Shown: in pieces, positions 18,376 to 32,452 of the stretch | Position numbering within the stretch: position 1 is the stretch's first letter | Layout of the letters: every line of letters starts with the position of its first letter | Assembly: GCF_009914755.1 (NCBI RefSeq) | Contig: NC_060947.1 | DNA length: 64,000 nt | Direction: 5' to 3' (one strand) | DNA from: the human T2T-CHM13v2.0 reference genome, Homo sapiens | Notes under the pieces: generated by a model | Databases searched by the model: none | What the model saw: only the letters and a program-made list of their open reading frames with translations | What the model was told of the DNA's origin: nothing | Made by a program: the position numbers and the translations under genes

Positions 18376-20639
18376 TATTTTTAAAATCTGAGATTATAGA
18401 AACACGTTATAGCTTTCTTTTGATACTTATCTTTTTCTCCATCTTTATAATTGTACAGTCATAACTTCACCTTTGAGTGCCTTCCAGTAGCTTATATAAA
18501 TTAAAGTTCTCAAGGAAGAAGGTTACATATCTTTTAAATTGTGAAATTTCACCTAATTTAATTGCAACTGGCATTCTTAATGCAGTTTCTGGTGATGGTC
18601 CTCTTACTGAGTAGTAAACGCAAATATTTCACATGCAATTGGTGTGTAGGTGTTAAATTAGCCTTTCTGGTTAACCATCCATAAATATTTCAAAATACTT
18701 ACCTTGTGTGGGTACCCAGCTTGCTTCTACATGCTACAAAAGTTTTTGCTTGTTTGACATTATCATATGTCCTACCTGTATTTCTTGCTGTATTTTAAAA
18801 TAAGTTCACAGTTATAGAACATCAGCATACATCCCTGGTGAAAAATGAAGTTTGTGAGTCACTTAGTAACTTGAACTTTCTGAACAGGAATCATATCTAA
18901 TTTTATATTTTGTATAGTGCCCAACCCATTCAGGTCTTTATCACTAACAATTGTACCTAAAATGATGCAGCAATTGTATGAAGGTCAGCAAACTGACATC
19001 ATTATGAGTGTATTCTAACTAACCTAATTCTTCCAGTGTGTTTTTCCTCTGAGTTAAAGTTGGTAATCTTTTTAATCTTGGTAAATTCTTTAGGTTTCAT
19101 GTTTGGTAGCTATAATTCTGGAACCTCCCAAAACTATCTTAATTAGAGGCATGTTAGAATGTGTTTGAATGTTTTCTGCTGTAGTTTGGTTACTTCTGGG
19201 CAGTATTATGTAATCTTAAGATGTGTTTTCTTCAGGAATTCAACCTTTCCTGCTTTCTTTCACCTATTATTTTTAGCACTCCACCCCCTCCTCTGGGAAG
19301 AATAGGAATCCAAATTGTTGTTAGTCTCCTGGAGATGCATAGAACTAGGGTCTTGCTAACTCTAACCTTTGAGTGTTCTAGATTGCTTTTGAGGGCCATC
19401 CTTGGTGTTATGGTCAAATTGTAACTTGGATAATTTAGATTCTCATAACAGAAATATAATTGAAATGGCACAAGGTCTAGTATTTTCCTTCTTGATGTCA
19501 TGAAATGGTGCTGTGCATTGGTGAGGTACCTGGCTTTCTCCATGATGTTCCATTGGTGAATTGATTACTAGGTTTGGTTTGTTTATATGCTTGTAAAGTG
19601 TTATTGAGTCCTTTGGGGGAATCAATTAATTAGTGGTGGTTGGGTTGCTTTATGTTCCACTATAGAATTGTACCCTTGCCAGAAGAAATATAGATGAAAG
19701 TGACTGAGTCCTTGGGCCTGATTTGGAGTTGACCCTTTTCCACGCTTTCCTGGCCTACTGCTATTTCCAAGTCTCTTTCTTTAGGCCATTCTATAACTTT
19801 GCTTTTTCTTTTTTTTAAGAAACATATTCTGGCTTCCCTTTGTACAGAACCCTCTTCCTTAGACTGCTTCCACAGTGTACCAAGTGTCTGGAATGCCCTC
19901 TCCTTTGTCTGCCAAACCATTTCTCTGCTGTAAGCTTGAGAGTGCTAGAAATCTCACCTCCTTCGTTAAACTCTGTTGACCTAAGTGTCATAGAAGTGAC
20001 AGTTCCCTGAGGCTCAGATCATGTAAACACTTCTCCCTGTCAGTTTATGTAGATGTTCAGTGTTTTATACTCCTATTTTAGGTATCTTTGTGGGATGGTT
20101 ATCTGTGTTGTCTGGTATCTTAGATTTTTAAATCCACAAAGGGGAGAAATCCTATCAGACTTACTGAGTATTCAGTCACGCAAGTAACTAGGCATTTAAT
20201 GTACTGTTCTTTGATGGCAGTGTCATTGAGGAAAAAAGTGAACAAATTACTTCTGTGAAAAATTAAAACTCTTGCTGCTTGTTGAACTTTCTAATAAATA
20301 ACTGAGCTTATAGGCTTAGGAAATGGGATTGGGATGTTCAACGTTTCAATTCTTGGCCACATAGTATCTACTATAATGTTTTAGAAGTTTTATTTCTCTT
20401 TCCTCCATACTAGTCAGATAACTCAAATATTTGACTTCATCGCTTAGTAATCTTTGTATGCATTATAATGCTGCCTTTCAGTTTACATGCCATTAACTAG
20501 AGAAGTCTTAAATTTCTATTGTTAAATTCTCCACAGATCTGACTGAACGTGTGGTGGATTTCTACCTCTGGGAATGCGATTATTTATTAACTGCCTTGAC
20601 AAAAACTTTTAGACAGAGACAAAACCCTTCACAATTAGA

Positions 20640-21105
20640 ACTCTGCCTGTATTTCCTCCTTTATGTCCTGCCATACCCTATCACTCATCTAGCTCCAACA
20701 GTACCAAAGTAATAGTAATTTCCCATGCCCACAGCCATACCTTTGTACACATAATGTTATCTTCTCCTGAAGTGCATTTTTCTTTCTCTAACCCCTTATT
20801 CATCTGGCATATTCTTGACTTATCTAAAATTTCTTCTATTCTGTGAGCATTTTTTGACACTTGTACTAGACAAAGTTAGTTCTATTTTCATTCTCCCATG
20901 TAGCATCCTCTACACACCTCTAGTCACACCTTTAGTTTTACATACTTAAGCAATGTATTTTTTGCCATTTGTTTGTGGTCCTACCCCTATCCATTTCACT
21001 GTAAGTTTCTTAAAGACAAGAACTGTTTGTTTTCCCAAAGTTTGAAGAGTTATTGACACATAGCATGTGCTCAGTACTTGTTGAAATGAATGAATGAATG
21101 AACGA
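20640..21105 (+). mobile_element. L2 3' end
   Basis: CTGTAAGTTTCTTAAAGACAAGAACTG...CACATAGCATGTGCTCAGTACTTGTTGAAATGAATGAATGAATGAA tail. Confidence 0.7.
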
Positions 21106-21149
21106 ACCAAGGACAGGCATGTCAATGGCATTAGAAACCATGGGTATGG

Positions 21150-21996
21150 GGACTTCTGCTTTTGTTTTGACGGACTAACTGGTATCAGACCAACCATCCC
21201 TCAAGAAAATATAGAAAGACTGGATAAAATTACAAAATATCTGTTTAAAAGCATCACAGTGTTACCAAAGTAACAGGGTCAAAATCCCAGAGAGAAAGGA
21301 GATGTATTGAGGTGAGCCTAATAGTCTGTGCTAGATTTCCTTTGAAGGCATTTTCCAGTGTAAGTGATATGGGTAAAGAGACTGAGAAGCCAAACTGAAA
21401 GTGGTAACTAAGAGACAGATAAGATGAGCAGGGGTTTCAGCGGTCTCACAGGGCTGTAGAGATAAAAAGTGAAGTTCAGCTATATCCTGACAGTCAGAAC
21501 TTGAGGGTCTAAGATGCCAGAGAAAAGGAAAGTACAGTGAGTTTAGTTCAGTATTTTACACTATTTTTTCCTTTGAGGAATTGGCTGATTTATAAGTGGT
21601 ACAAGGCAAAAAAGTTGAGAAGTTAAGCAGAGAGTGGCAGATACAATGCTTAGTAGTTAAGCAGAGCTTTCATCAATTTCACAATGCTGAAGAGACAGAA
21701 ATTAGAGTTCAGAGCCTGCCAAAGAGGAGGGACCCTGGTAATTATTCCAGGTTTTCAGTTTGGATCCCCAAAGGGCTAAACTCTAGGAGTAAGGATGAAC
21801 TAGAAAATACCATTTTTCACAAAGACTGAAGTGGAGCTTTGAATCAGCTCAACCTTAGCAGGATTAATGTGATCTGTCCTTCACCACCTGCCAAAAGCAA
21901 AAGTAAATCTTTGGAGGAAGATAATATCATCCAGTGCTCCTCTAACTTTTAATATATAATGTCTGGCATTCAATAAAAATATTACTTGGCTTACCA
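21150..21996 (+). mobile_element. Ancient L1M/HAL1-like 5' region
   Basis: GGACTTCTGCTTTTG...GACTGGATAAAAT...GAGCTTTGAATCAGCTC...ATAATGTCTGGCATTCAATAAAAAATTAC resembles old L1 5'UTR sequence; family uncertain. Confidence 0.4.
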
Positions 21997-23065
21997 GGTA
22001 TGTTAGTTTGCTAAGGCTGTTGTAACAAAGTACCATAGATTGGGTGGCTTAAACAATAGAACTTTATTGTTTTACAGTTCTAGAGGCTGGAAAGTCCAAG
22101 ATCAAGGTTCTAGAAGATTTGGAGTCTGGTGAAGGTGAAACGGGAGAGTTCCCTGACTCCCTTGCAGGACTTGTGATGGGTGTGGCTCACTTGCCACACG
22201 TTCAAACCCCTTACAGGAGCGGGAGCACACGGACAGGCAGGTGCACAAGCCTGGGCGAGTGCTTTTGGGCTCTGGCCCCATGGTAGCATCCACGGGTGTG
22301 TTACAATTAATGCTCTTTTAGCAGTTGCCATCTGCAGACGGCTACGTGTTAAACCAGCTCAGTGGAGAGTCAGAATGGCAGTGTTTTACACTCTGTGCTC
22401 TTGGTACCTGGGCTCTTTTCTGGCGTTCAAGAAGAATCAGGTCACACTGACTTGATGAATGGTGAATGCGGGTATTTTATTGAGTGGTGGAGTGGCTCTC
22501 AGCAGGATGGATGGGGAGCTGAAAAAGGGGTGGGGTTAGAAGATGAACTTCCCCCAGAGTTCGGCTGTCCGCAGTGAACTCCTCTCGACGACTTTCAGAT
22601 GCTCTTTCTCTTTTCTCCTTCTCTGCTGCACTCTGCTGCTCATCTGCTCATCTGCTCGTGGAGCCTGAGGTTTGGGGTTTATATGGGTACAGGATGGGGG
22701 TTGTGGAGGGCCAAACGGCAACATTTGAGCATGAAAACAGGACTACCTATTCCCATTTAGGGCTGTGGATTTCCAGGCTTGAGGATGGGGCCTTTGCCAG
22801 GGAACTGCCCTCTACTACCCAGTATTTCCCTGCCTCCTGTTTGGATCAAAGGCATAATTTCTTTGATTTATGGTTGGCCATTCTCCTGCTGTGTTCTCAC
22901 ATGGCAGAAGGGAGAATGGAAATCTCTGGGGTCTCTTTATAAGGGAACTAATTCCATTTATGAGGGCTCTGCCCTCATGACCTAATCACCTTCCAAAGGC
23001 CCTAACTTCCTAATACCATTGCATTAGGGGTTAGGATTTCAACATGTGAATTTTGAGGGGCACTT
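21997..23065 (-). mobile_element. MLT1A/B-like MaLR LTR, interrupted by MER50
   Basis: TTAGTTTGCTAAGGCTGTTGTAACAAAGTACCATAGATTGGGTGGCTTAAAC...GCCCTCATGACCTAATCACC...GGATTTCAACATGTGAATTTTG. Confidence 0.85.
22136..22848 (-). mobile_element. MER50-like ERV1 solo LTR
   Basis: TG...CA termini, perfect 4-bp TSD AAGG (22132-22135, 22849-22852); minus-strand start TGATCCAAACAGGAGGCAGGGAAATACTGGGTAG. Confidence 0.8.
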
Positions 23066-23299
23066 GCTGTACTGTACCATCTCCTTTCAGGCCTCATTTC
23101 ACCATCCTTGTCTAAACTTAAATCTGCATCTTTAAGATTGCTGAGGTTTTCTGTTTTGTGTTGCTTGTTTTTTCCTATTCCTAAAGCATTTAATAGAAAT
23201 AGATCTTGTTTGGGTGTGTTAAAGAATTTGTATTTTGTGCTTTTGTCAGCTTACATTTTTGGTTTGTTGCTGTTTCTAACCCCTTCTCTTCTATTGTCA

Positions 23300-24230
23300 A
23301 GTCATTTAACCAATATTTTTTGATGTACTATGTGCCAGGCCCTGTGCTAAATGATTGTGATAAAAAATGAGTAATAGGCTGGGCGTGGTGGCTCATGCCT
23401 ATAATCTCAGCACTTTGGGAGGCGGAGGTGGGCGGATCACTTGAGGTCAGGAGTTCAAGACCAGCCTGGCCAACATGGTGAAACCCCTTCTCTACTAAAA
23501 ATACAAAAATTAGCTGGGCATGGTGGCGCATGCCTGTAGTCCCAGCTACTCGGGAGGCTGACGTGGGAGAATCACTTGAACAAGGAGGCGGAGGTTTCGG
23601 TGAGCTGTCATCACACCACTGCACTCCAGCCTGGGCGGCAGAGTGAGACTCCATCTCAAAAAAAAAAAAAAAATGAGTAATAGCTAGTGGGGAACTTAGA
23701 CACTTAAACATTTTTGATATGGTAAGGTGAATGTTGTAGGGGAATCATACGAACACAGAAGAGTGGTTACTTCTGCCTATGGTGCCACCTAGAAGGTGAC
23801 ATTTGAGCTAAGTCTCTAATGATTAGTAAAACATCCTGTGGAGAAAGAGTAGGTGTGCATTTTGGGCAGAGGAAACAATATGTGCAAGGGCACAGAGTAT
23901 TGAAGAATTTGATGTATTCAGGGATCAAATATAATTTGGCATGGCTAGGATGAAGGCTGTGGGGCAAGAGAAAGGGATAGAGTAACAGATTCAACTGGAA
24001 AAGTTGGCAGGAAGATGGGTAATAATGAAGCATTTTAAGCAGGAGAGTGTACAAACTATGTATTGGCAGATAATTGACAGTGATGGGAATGAACTGGAGA
24101 GGGCTAAGAGGAAAAGTAGACAGAAGAGTTGAGAGGCTGGTTTAATAGCTCAAGTGAAAAACAAGCTAGTGCAGTGGCAGTGGGGATACAGAGAAGAACC
24201 CAGGTTTAAGAGGAATGATAGAGGTACTAG
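23300..24230 (-). mobile_element. L2 fragment, interrupted by an Alu
   Basis: TACTATGTGCCAGGCCCTGTGCTA...GGTGACATTTGAGC...TATGTGCAAGGGCACAGAG...TTTTAAGCAGGAGAGTG. Confidence 0.75.
23377..23667 (+). mobile_element. AluSx/Sz-like
   Basis: Full dimer with poly-A; TSD AAAAAATGAGTAATA at 23362-23376 and 23668-23682. Confidence 0.96.
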
Positions 24231-24539
24231 ATAGAACACATCTCTACCCCATGGTGTACAGGTTTCCCCCATAAATAATGAATGGTTTGTATCTATTATT
24301 CTTTTCTTAGTAAACTGCATATATAGAGTGTACCCCCAATGGAGGTAGGGATAAGGGTTTAATGGGGAATCAGGTCAAATACAGAGTATCTCAGAATATA
24401 TAAAAACCAAATAAAATGAATCTGGCTGGGTGGAAATTGATGCAGAGATTCTTAGGATTTGGTAAAGTGAGTAACTGTATCTGAGTGAGTATCTTTGGAT
24501 GACTATATCATGGCCTTTCTTCCTAAGTTTCTGTCATAT

Positions 24540-25715
24540 CTCTCCTTTTCACTTTTAGCTCCATGTTTCTTTTTCACTGAGAAAAAAGAAAGCAGTAAGT
24601 AGTGAAACTTCAAAAGTTCCTACTCCCATACCTATTCACCTACCAGCATCTGTGCCACTTTTCTCTCTCTCCTGTGGCTGTAGATGAACTTTCCATGTTT
24701 TTAATCTAAAGCCAACCTCTCCACCTATGTACTAAATTTCATCTCCTCTTTCCCACCAAAGGACATTGCTCCATCAATTATACCCTACTTTTCCTTCTCT
24801 TTCCTTCACACTCCATAGCCAACCCCTTAGCCATTCTATCAACTTAACATTCTATGTATATCCATGCCATTTCTCATCCTCTCCACTGCTACCACCCTGA
24901 TATAAACCACTATCAATCTCTGAACTATATTGTATCAATAGCTTCCTAACTTATCTCTCTGCTTTTACTCTTGCCCCCTATTTTATTCTAATTACACAGG
25001 ATCCAGAATGAACCTTTTAAAACATAAGTCAAATCGTGTCCCTCTTTGCTCTCATTGGCTTCTCATCTTACTGAAAATAAAATCAACAGTCCAGTATGTT
25101 CTACGCAAAGCTACCTCTCTGACCACATTTTCTACCACTCCACCCCTTATTCTTAGCAGTCAAACAAGTCAAGCATTTTCTAGACTTGGGATCTTTGCAC
25201 TTTCTGATACCTCTGTCTAGAATGTTTCCTCCCCCTTTCCACAGATATGTACCATATGGTTTGTTTCCTCACTTCTTTTGGGTCTCTCTTCAAATCTCAA
25301 GCATCTTTCCTAGACTGCCCTTTATAGCAAGCAAAACTCTCCTGCTCACCATCCCTGTTTGACATTTTATGCTGCTTTATTTTTCTTTATATCATTTATC
25401 ACTACTTTATATTCTTTCCATTTATTTATTCATTTGTTTTTTAATTTTTAAAATTTTTTTGTGGAGACATTGTCTTACTATGTTGCCCAGGCCAGTCTCG
25501 AGCTCCTGACCTCAAATGATCCTCCTGCCTCAGCCTCCCAAAGTGCTGGGATTACAGGTGTGAGCTACTGCACCAGCCTATTTATTTGTTTATTGTATGT
25601 TCTTCCTTTTGAATGAGAGGGTCTTTGAGGATGGGGATTTTGTTTTGTTCACTGCTGTATCCACAGAAGTGCTCAGTGTATTAGGTGCTCAATATTTCTG
25701 AATGAACAAATGAAT
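24540..25715 (+). mobile_element. L2a-like 3' portion, interrupted by FLAM
   Basis: TTCACTGAGAAAAAAG...CTTTTAAAACATAAGTCAAATC...TTGTTCACTGCTGTATCC...GGTGCTCAATATTTCTGAATGAACAAATGAAT. Confidence 0.8.
25440..25578 (-). mobile_element. FLAM_C-like Alu monomer
   Basis: CTATGTTGCCCAGGCCAGTCTCGAGCTCCTGACCTCAAATGATCCTCCTGCCTCAGCCTCCCAAAGTGCTGGG; single arm. Confidence 0.85.
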
Positions 25716-26855
25716 TAATCAGGGAATCCATCCTGGAGGAGATGAACCTTGACAAGGCTTCTCAAAGCATGAAGGGCCATGACTTGGTAGAAAAGAAGGG
25801 TAAGAGCTAAGGGCATTATATACACAAGCAGTGTCATTTACCAAGACAGGGATGTAAGTATGAGCTCCTGAAGTCTGGGGACAGTAAGCATGTTGTCTTA
25901 CTACTATGAATGACAGCTAAGATGTGAATGGAGGTAGAAGTATAATGTTCTTGCATATTAAATCCTTTCTAGTCTTCAGACCTTCAAACCCTACCTCTCT
26001 GAGGCCTCATTTGACTCCACAAGTTTTACTTTCACAATGAAACTTGTTAGTTCCTTGGGGACAAGGACCTTGGTTTAGCCTTTTGTACCCAATAGATGCT
26101 TAAAATGCGTGTGTTTGATTTGGCAAAGGAAAATTGCTCAGTGCTGTGCTTTAGTAAATAAAAGAATCTACCTTTTGTGACCATAATGAAAAATATGCAT
26201 TACACTTAGCTTATTATCTTCATTGCTTTATGTAAGATAGTACTACTGAACAAATATTAATCCGCAGACAGCAATTTTCTGCTTTTATCCTGGGAAGATA
26301 CTCACATATGTCAGACGTTATCAAATTGTTCACTTAAAATTGGTGAATTTTATTATTCATTAATTCTTTTTAAAATATTTGATAGAATTCTTCAGTGAAA
26401 CCATGTCAACCTGAAATTTTATTTGTTGGATAGTTTATACATACAACTTATTTAGTAGATATAGAACTGTTCAGGATATCTGTTTCTTCTTGAATGAGTT
26501 TAGTTATTTTGTATCTTTCAAAGAATTGGACTGTTTTATTGCTTATTTTTATATAGAGAGTTTTTCATGGTATTCCACTGTTGTCTTTTTAATGTCTGTA
26601 GGGTATGTTGTATTAGCCTCACTTTCATTCTTCAGATTAGTAATTTGTGTCTTCTTACCTTTTTTTCTTGGTCTGTGTGGTTAAAGGCTTATCAATTACA
26701 TTGATATTTTCAAAGAACCAGCTATTGGCTTCATTGACACTTCTCAATTTAAAACAAAAATTATTTTATCATGCTTACTTTGGCTTAATTTGCTATTCTT
26801 TTCCAATTTTATTAAGCTGAATGAGTAGGTTATGAATTGAAGCCTTTATTCTTTT

Positions 26856-27148
26856 TCTTTTTTTTTTCTTTTTTTTGAGATGGTGTCTCATTCTGTCGCC
26901 CAGGCTGGAGTACAGTAGCGTGATCTCGGCTCACTGCAACCTCCGCCTCCCGGGTTCAAGCAATTATCCTGCCTCAACCTCCTGAGTAGCTGAGATTACA
27001 GGCGCATGCCACTATGCATAGCTAATTTTTGTATTTTTAGTAGAGATGGGGTTTCACCATGTTGGCCAGGCTGGTCTCAAACTCCTGACCTCAGGCTATC
27101 TGCCTGCCTTTGGCCTCCCAAAGTGCTGGATTACAGGTGTGAGCCACC
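26856..27148 (-). mobile_element. AluSx-like, ~10 nt missing at 5' end
   Basis: Dimer; flanking repeat CCTTTATTCT. Confidence 0.93.
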
Positions 27149-27517
27149 TTTATTCTCTTTTCTAACATAAGCATTTAATACTATAAATGTCCCCTAAGCA
27201 CTGCTACAGCTGTTGAATAGCGGTGGTGAGAGTCAATATCCTTGTTCTGTTCTTAACCTTAGGGGAAAAACATTAAATCTTTCGCCATTAAATATCATGT
27301 TAGCTGTAGATTTTTCATAGATGCTCTTGATCAGATTAAGGCAGTTGCCTCCCATTCCTAATTTATTGAAACTTTTTTTTTATGAAGATTAGATGTTGAA
27401 TTTTGCCTAATATATTTTTTGTGCCTTTTGAGATGACCATCTGCATTTCCTTCTTTATTCTGTTGACATGGTAATCTGTTACATTGATTAATTATTAAAT
27501 ATTTTATTGAAGATTTA

Positions 27518-29274
27518 TTTATTTTATTATACTTTTAAGTTCTAGGGTACATGTGCACAACGTGCAGGTTTGTTACATATGTATACATGTGCCATGTTGG
27601 TGTGCTGCACCCATTAACTCGTCATTTACATTAGGTATATGTCCTAATGCTATCCTTTCCCCCTTCCACCACCCCACAACAGGCCCCAGTGTGTGATGTT
27701 CCCCACCCTGTGTCCAAGTGTTCTCATTTTTCAATTCCCACCTATGAGTGAGTACATGCAGTGTTTAGTTTTCTGTCCTTGCAGTAGTTTGCTCAGAATG
27801 ATGGTTTCCAGCTTCATCCATGTCCCTACAAAGGACATGAACTCATCCTTTTTTATGGCTGCATAGTATTCCGTGGTGTATATGTGCCACATTTTCTTAT
27901 GCAGTCTATCATTGTTCAACATTTGTGTTGGTTCCAAGTCTTTGCTGTTGTGAATAGTGCCACAATAAACATACATGTGCATGTGTCTTTATAGTAGCAT
28001 GATTTATAATCCTTTGGGTATGTACCCAGTAATGGGATGGCTGGGTCAAATGGTATTTCTAGTTCTAGATCCTTGAGGAATCGCCACACTGTCTTCCACA
28101 ATGGTTGAACCAGTTTACAGTCCCACCAACAGTGTAAAAGTGTTCCTATTTCTCCACATCCTCTCCAGCACCTGTTGTTTCCTGACTTTTTAATGATCGC
28201 CATTCTAACTAGTGTGAGATGGTATCTCATTGTGATTTTGATTTGCATTTCTCTAATGGCCAGTGATAATGAGCATTTCTTCATGTGTCTTTTGGCTGCA
28301 TAAATGTCTTCTTTTGAGAAGTGTCTGTTCATATCCTTTGCCCACTTTTTGATGGGGTTGTTTGATTTTTTCTTGTAAATTTGTTTAAATTCTTCATAGA
28401 TTCTGGATATTAGCCCTTTGTCAGATGGGTAGATTGTAAAAATTTTCTCCCACTCTGTAGGTTGCCTCTTCACTCTGATGGTAGTTTCTTTTGCTGTGCA
28501 GAAGCTCTTTAGTTTAATTAGATCCCATTTGTCAATTTTGGCTTTTGTTGCCATTGCTTTTGGTGTTTTAGACATGAAGTCCTTGCCCATGCCTATGTCC
28601 TGAATGGTATTGCCTAGGTTTTCTTCCAGGGGTTTTATGGTTTTAGGTCTAACATTTAAGTCTTTAATCCATCTTGTATTAATTTTTGTATAAGGTGTAA
28701 GGAAGGGATCCAGTTTCAGGTTTCTACATATGGCTAGCCAGTTTTCCCAGCACCATTTATTAAACAGGGAATCCTTTCCCCATTTCTTGTTTTTTGTCAG
28801 GTTTGTCAAAGATCAGATGATTGTAGATGTGTGGTATTATTTCTGAGGGCTCTGTTCTATTCCGTTGGTCTATATCTCTCTTTTGGTACCAGTACCATGC
28901 TGTTTTGGTTACTGTGGCCTTGTAGTATAGTTTGAAGTCAGGTAGCATGATGCCTCCAGCTTTGTTCTTTTTGCTTAGGATTGTCTTGGCAATGCGGGCT
29001 CTTTTTTGGTTCCATATGAACTTTAAAGTAGTTTTTTCCAATTCTGTGAAGAAAGTCATTGGTAACTTGATGGGGATGGCATTGAATCTTTAAATTACCT
29101 TGGACAGTATGGCCATTTTCATGATATTGATTCTTCCTATCCATGAGCATGGAATGTTCTTCCATTTGTTTGTGTCCTCTTTTATTTCACTGAGCAGTGG
29201 TTTGTCGTTCTCCTTGAAGAGGTCCTTCACATCCCTTGTAAGTTGGATTCCTAGGTATTTTATTCTCTTTGAAG
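27518..29274 (-). mobile_element. L1PA5-like LINE-1, 5'-truncated (~1.75 kb)
   Basis: 3'UTR plus ORF2 C-terminal peptides (27916-28809, 28760-29059); TSD TTGAAGATTTT at 27507-27517 and 29269-29279, overlapping the L1 end by microhomology. Confidence 0.95.
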
Positions 29275-30237
29275 ATTTTTACATATTAATGAGAGATATT
29301 GGTCTGAAATTTTTTTGTTGTAATATTTTTGCTTTTTTTTTTTATCAAGGTAATAATCGCTTCATATAAAATGAGTTGGGAAGTTTTTTCTTCTCTTGTA
29401 TTTCCTGAAAGTTTGTTTAAAATTGGTATTATTTCTTTCTTAAATGTTTGGTGTAATTTGCCAGTGAAGTCATATGGGGTTGGAGGGCTTTTGTTCTTGT
29501 TGGAAGGTTTTTAACAAAAAGTATTTTAAAATAGATATGAGATTATTCAGATTATCTATTTTTTTCTTCAGTGAGCTTTTATAATTTGTGTCTCTCAAGA
29601 AATTTGTCCATTTGTCTGAGTTGTCAAATACATGGACACAGTGTTATTTGTAGTATTCTCTTATTATCTTTTAAATTTCTGTGGGGTCAAGAATGATGCC
29701 TCTCTTCTCTTCCTGGTATAGATAATTTGTGTCTTCTGTTTTCTTGGTCAGTCTAGCTATAGATTTATCAATTTTTTTGGTCTTTTCATAGGACCAGCTT
29801 GTGATTTGATTAAAAACAGGTAAAAAACAGAAACAAAAATTTTTTATTGATTTCTGTTTTTATTTATTTCTTTTCTCCTCCTTGCTTTGTGTTTAATTTG
29901 CTCTTCTTTCTTTAGTGTTTTCAGTAGGGAGGTTAGATGACTAATGTTAGTCTTTCTATTCTGATATAAGCATTTGATGCTGTCATTTTTTTCTGTCAGC
30001 ACTGCTTTAACTATATCCAAAAAATTTTGGTATGTTGAATTTTCATTTTCATTCAGATCAAAATATTTTAAAATTTCTCTTGAGAATTCTTCTTTGATTC
30101 ATGAGTTATTGAGATAGATATTGTTTAATTTCCAAGCATTTGGAAATTAAAGCCTATTTTATGTTTACTGATTTCTAGTTTAATTTCATTGTGTTAGAGA
30201 ACATACTCTGTATAATTTCAACTCCTAAAAAACTTTG

Positions 30238-30817
30238 TCACACCCATTAGGATGATTACTGTTTTTTAAGAAACACAGAAAATAGCATGTGTTGGTGAGG
30301 ATGTGGAGGAATTGGAACCCTTCTGCATTGTTGGTAGGATTCTAAAATGGTGCAACCATTATGGAAAACAGGAAGGGGGTTCCTCAAAAATTTAAAAATA
30401 GAGCTACCCTATGATCCAGCAATCCCACTTCTGAGAATACATCCAAAAGAATTGAAAGCAAGGTCTTGAAGGGCTGTTTACACACCTATGTTCATACCGG
30501 CATTATTTACAATAGTCAAGAGGTGAAAACAACCCAAGTGTTCATTGACAGATGAATGAATAAACAAAATGGTGTGTTTGTATGTATACACACATGCATA
30601 CACATACAACAGAATATTTTGTATGTGTATATACACATACAAATGGCATATTTATAATGGTATAACAATGGTGAATATATATACACACACACATTCAGTG
30701 GAATATTATTTAGCCTTAAAAGGGAAGGCTGTGACTCCTGTCATATGCTACAAGCATGGATGGGCTTTGAAGGTATTAGGCTAAGTAAAAGAAACTAGTC
30801 ACAAAAAGACAAATACT
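30238..30817 (+). mobile_element. L1MA/L1MB 3' ORF2 fragment (sense)
   Basis: CACACCCATTAGGATG...GTTGGTGAGGATGTGGAG...GATCCAGCAATCCCACTTCTG...CACAAAAAGACAAATAC. Confidence 0.8.
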
Positions 30818-31404
30818 ATTTGTTCTGTCGTTTAATTGTTTGTTTTCTGATTGTCCCCTCTAGTCTTTGTTCCTCTCTTTCCCATTTTCTGTTTTCTTTT
30901 GTAATATTGATAGTTTAAATCTTAGTTCACTTCTCCAAGCTTTTGGTGTAATTCTTTGCGTCTGTTCTGTGCATGTACAGCTTAGGGCTGAGCACAAGAC
31001 TTATGTGGATTCATACACAGAATTAGAAGATCCCATTCTCTAGCTCTCTCCTCTCCAGAATTTTATTCATGAACCCACTCTTGAGACCATGGTTGCCACT
31101 TTCCCAATTCCCCTAGTCAAAAAGACAGGGTATTCTTGGAATTTTAGCTGCTTACACAGCCATCAGAGCCAATCAGTTCCACAACTAGGGCTTTTGGGGC
31201 AAAGCTGCTGGAAAAAACAGAAAACAAGAACAAAAGAGGATTGCCCCCACACACTCTTTGCTCACAGGGACCACTTTTCTTGTTTATTCTTGCTAGTAAT
31301 ACAGGGTTTCTATTAGGATTGTCACCAATCATGCCACTGCTCTGCCATGCAGCTCTGCAACTGGAATCCACCCCCAGGAAAATCTGCAAGAGAAAAAAAA
31401 AATA

Positions 31405-31694
<290 letters not shown>

Positions 31695-31708
31695 GGACAC
31701 CCACTTAT

Positions 31709-32007
31709 GTTTTGTTTGTTTTCATTTTTGTTTTTTGAGACAGAGTCTTATTCTGTCACTCAGTAGTGGTGCGATCTCGGCTCGCTGCAACCTCCACCTC
31801 CCGGGTTCAAGCAATTCTCCTGTCTCAGCTTCCCGAGTAGGTGGGATTGCGGACATGCACCACCATGCCTGGCTAATTCTGTATTTTTAGTAGAGACGAA
31901 GTTTCTCCGTGTTGGCCAGGCTGCTCTCGAACTCCTGGCCTCATGTGATTCACCCACCTTGGCCTCCCAAAGTGCTGGGATTACAGGCGTGAGCCACTGC
32001 ATCCAGC
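31709..32007 (-). mobile_element. AluS/J-like, small internal deletion
   Basis: Dimer in reverse orientation with a degenerate T-rich tail. Confidence 0.92.
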
Positions 32008-32154
32008 TTTTTCTCTAAAGTTTTAACTCCCCTTCAGAATCTACCTGTTTTTGGTTACTTTTCAGTGTTGCCAGTTAATTGATTTTTGTATTTTTTTTCC
32101 AGCAGTTTTAGTTGTATCAGGAGGAGAGATAGGTTGTAGTGAGCTTACTCCAAC

Positions 32155-32452
<298 letters not shown>

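Noticed and set aside
20537-20710. Open frame after an acceptor-like CCACAG
   Set aside because: No recognisable protein, no good donor before the stop, and it runs into L2 sequence.
22102-22985. Cluster of ORFs on both strands
   Set aside because: Mostly within the MER50-like LTR; GC-rich LTR sequence yields chance ORFs.
27916-28809. Longest ORF (297 aa) as a possible domesticated gene
   Set aside because: C-terminal L1 ORF2p fragment in a 5'-truncated copy, bounded by a frameshift and a premature stop, with no promoter or sign of selection.
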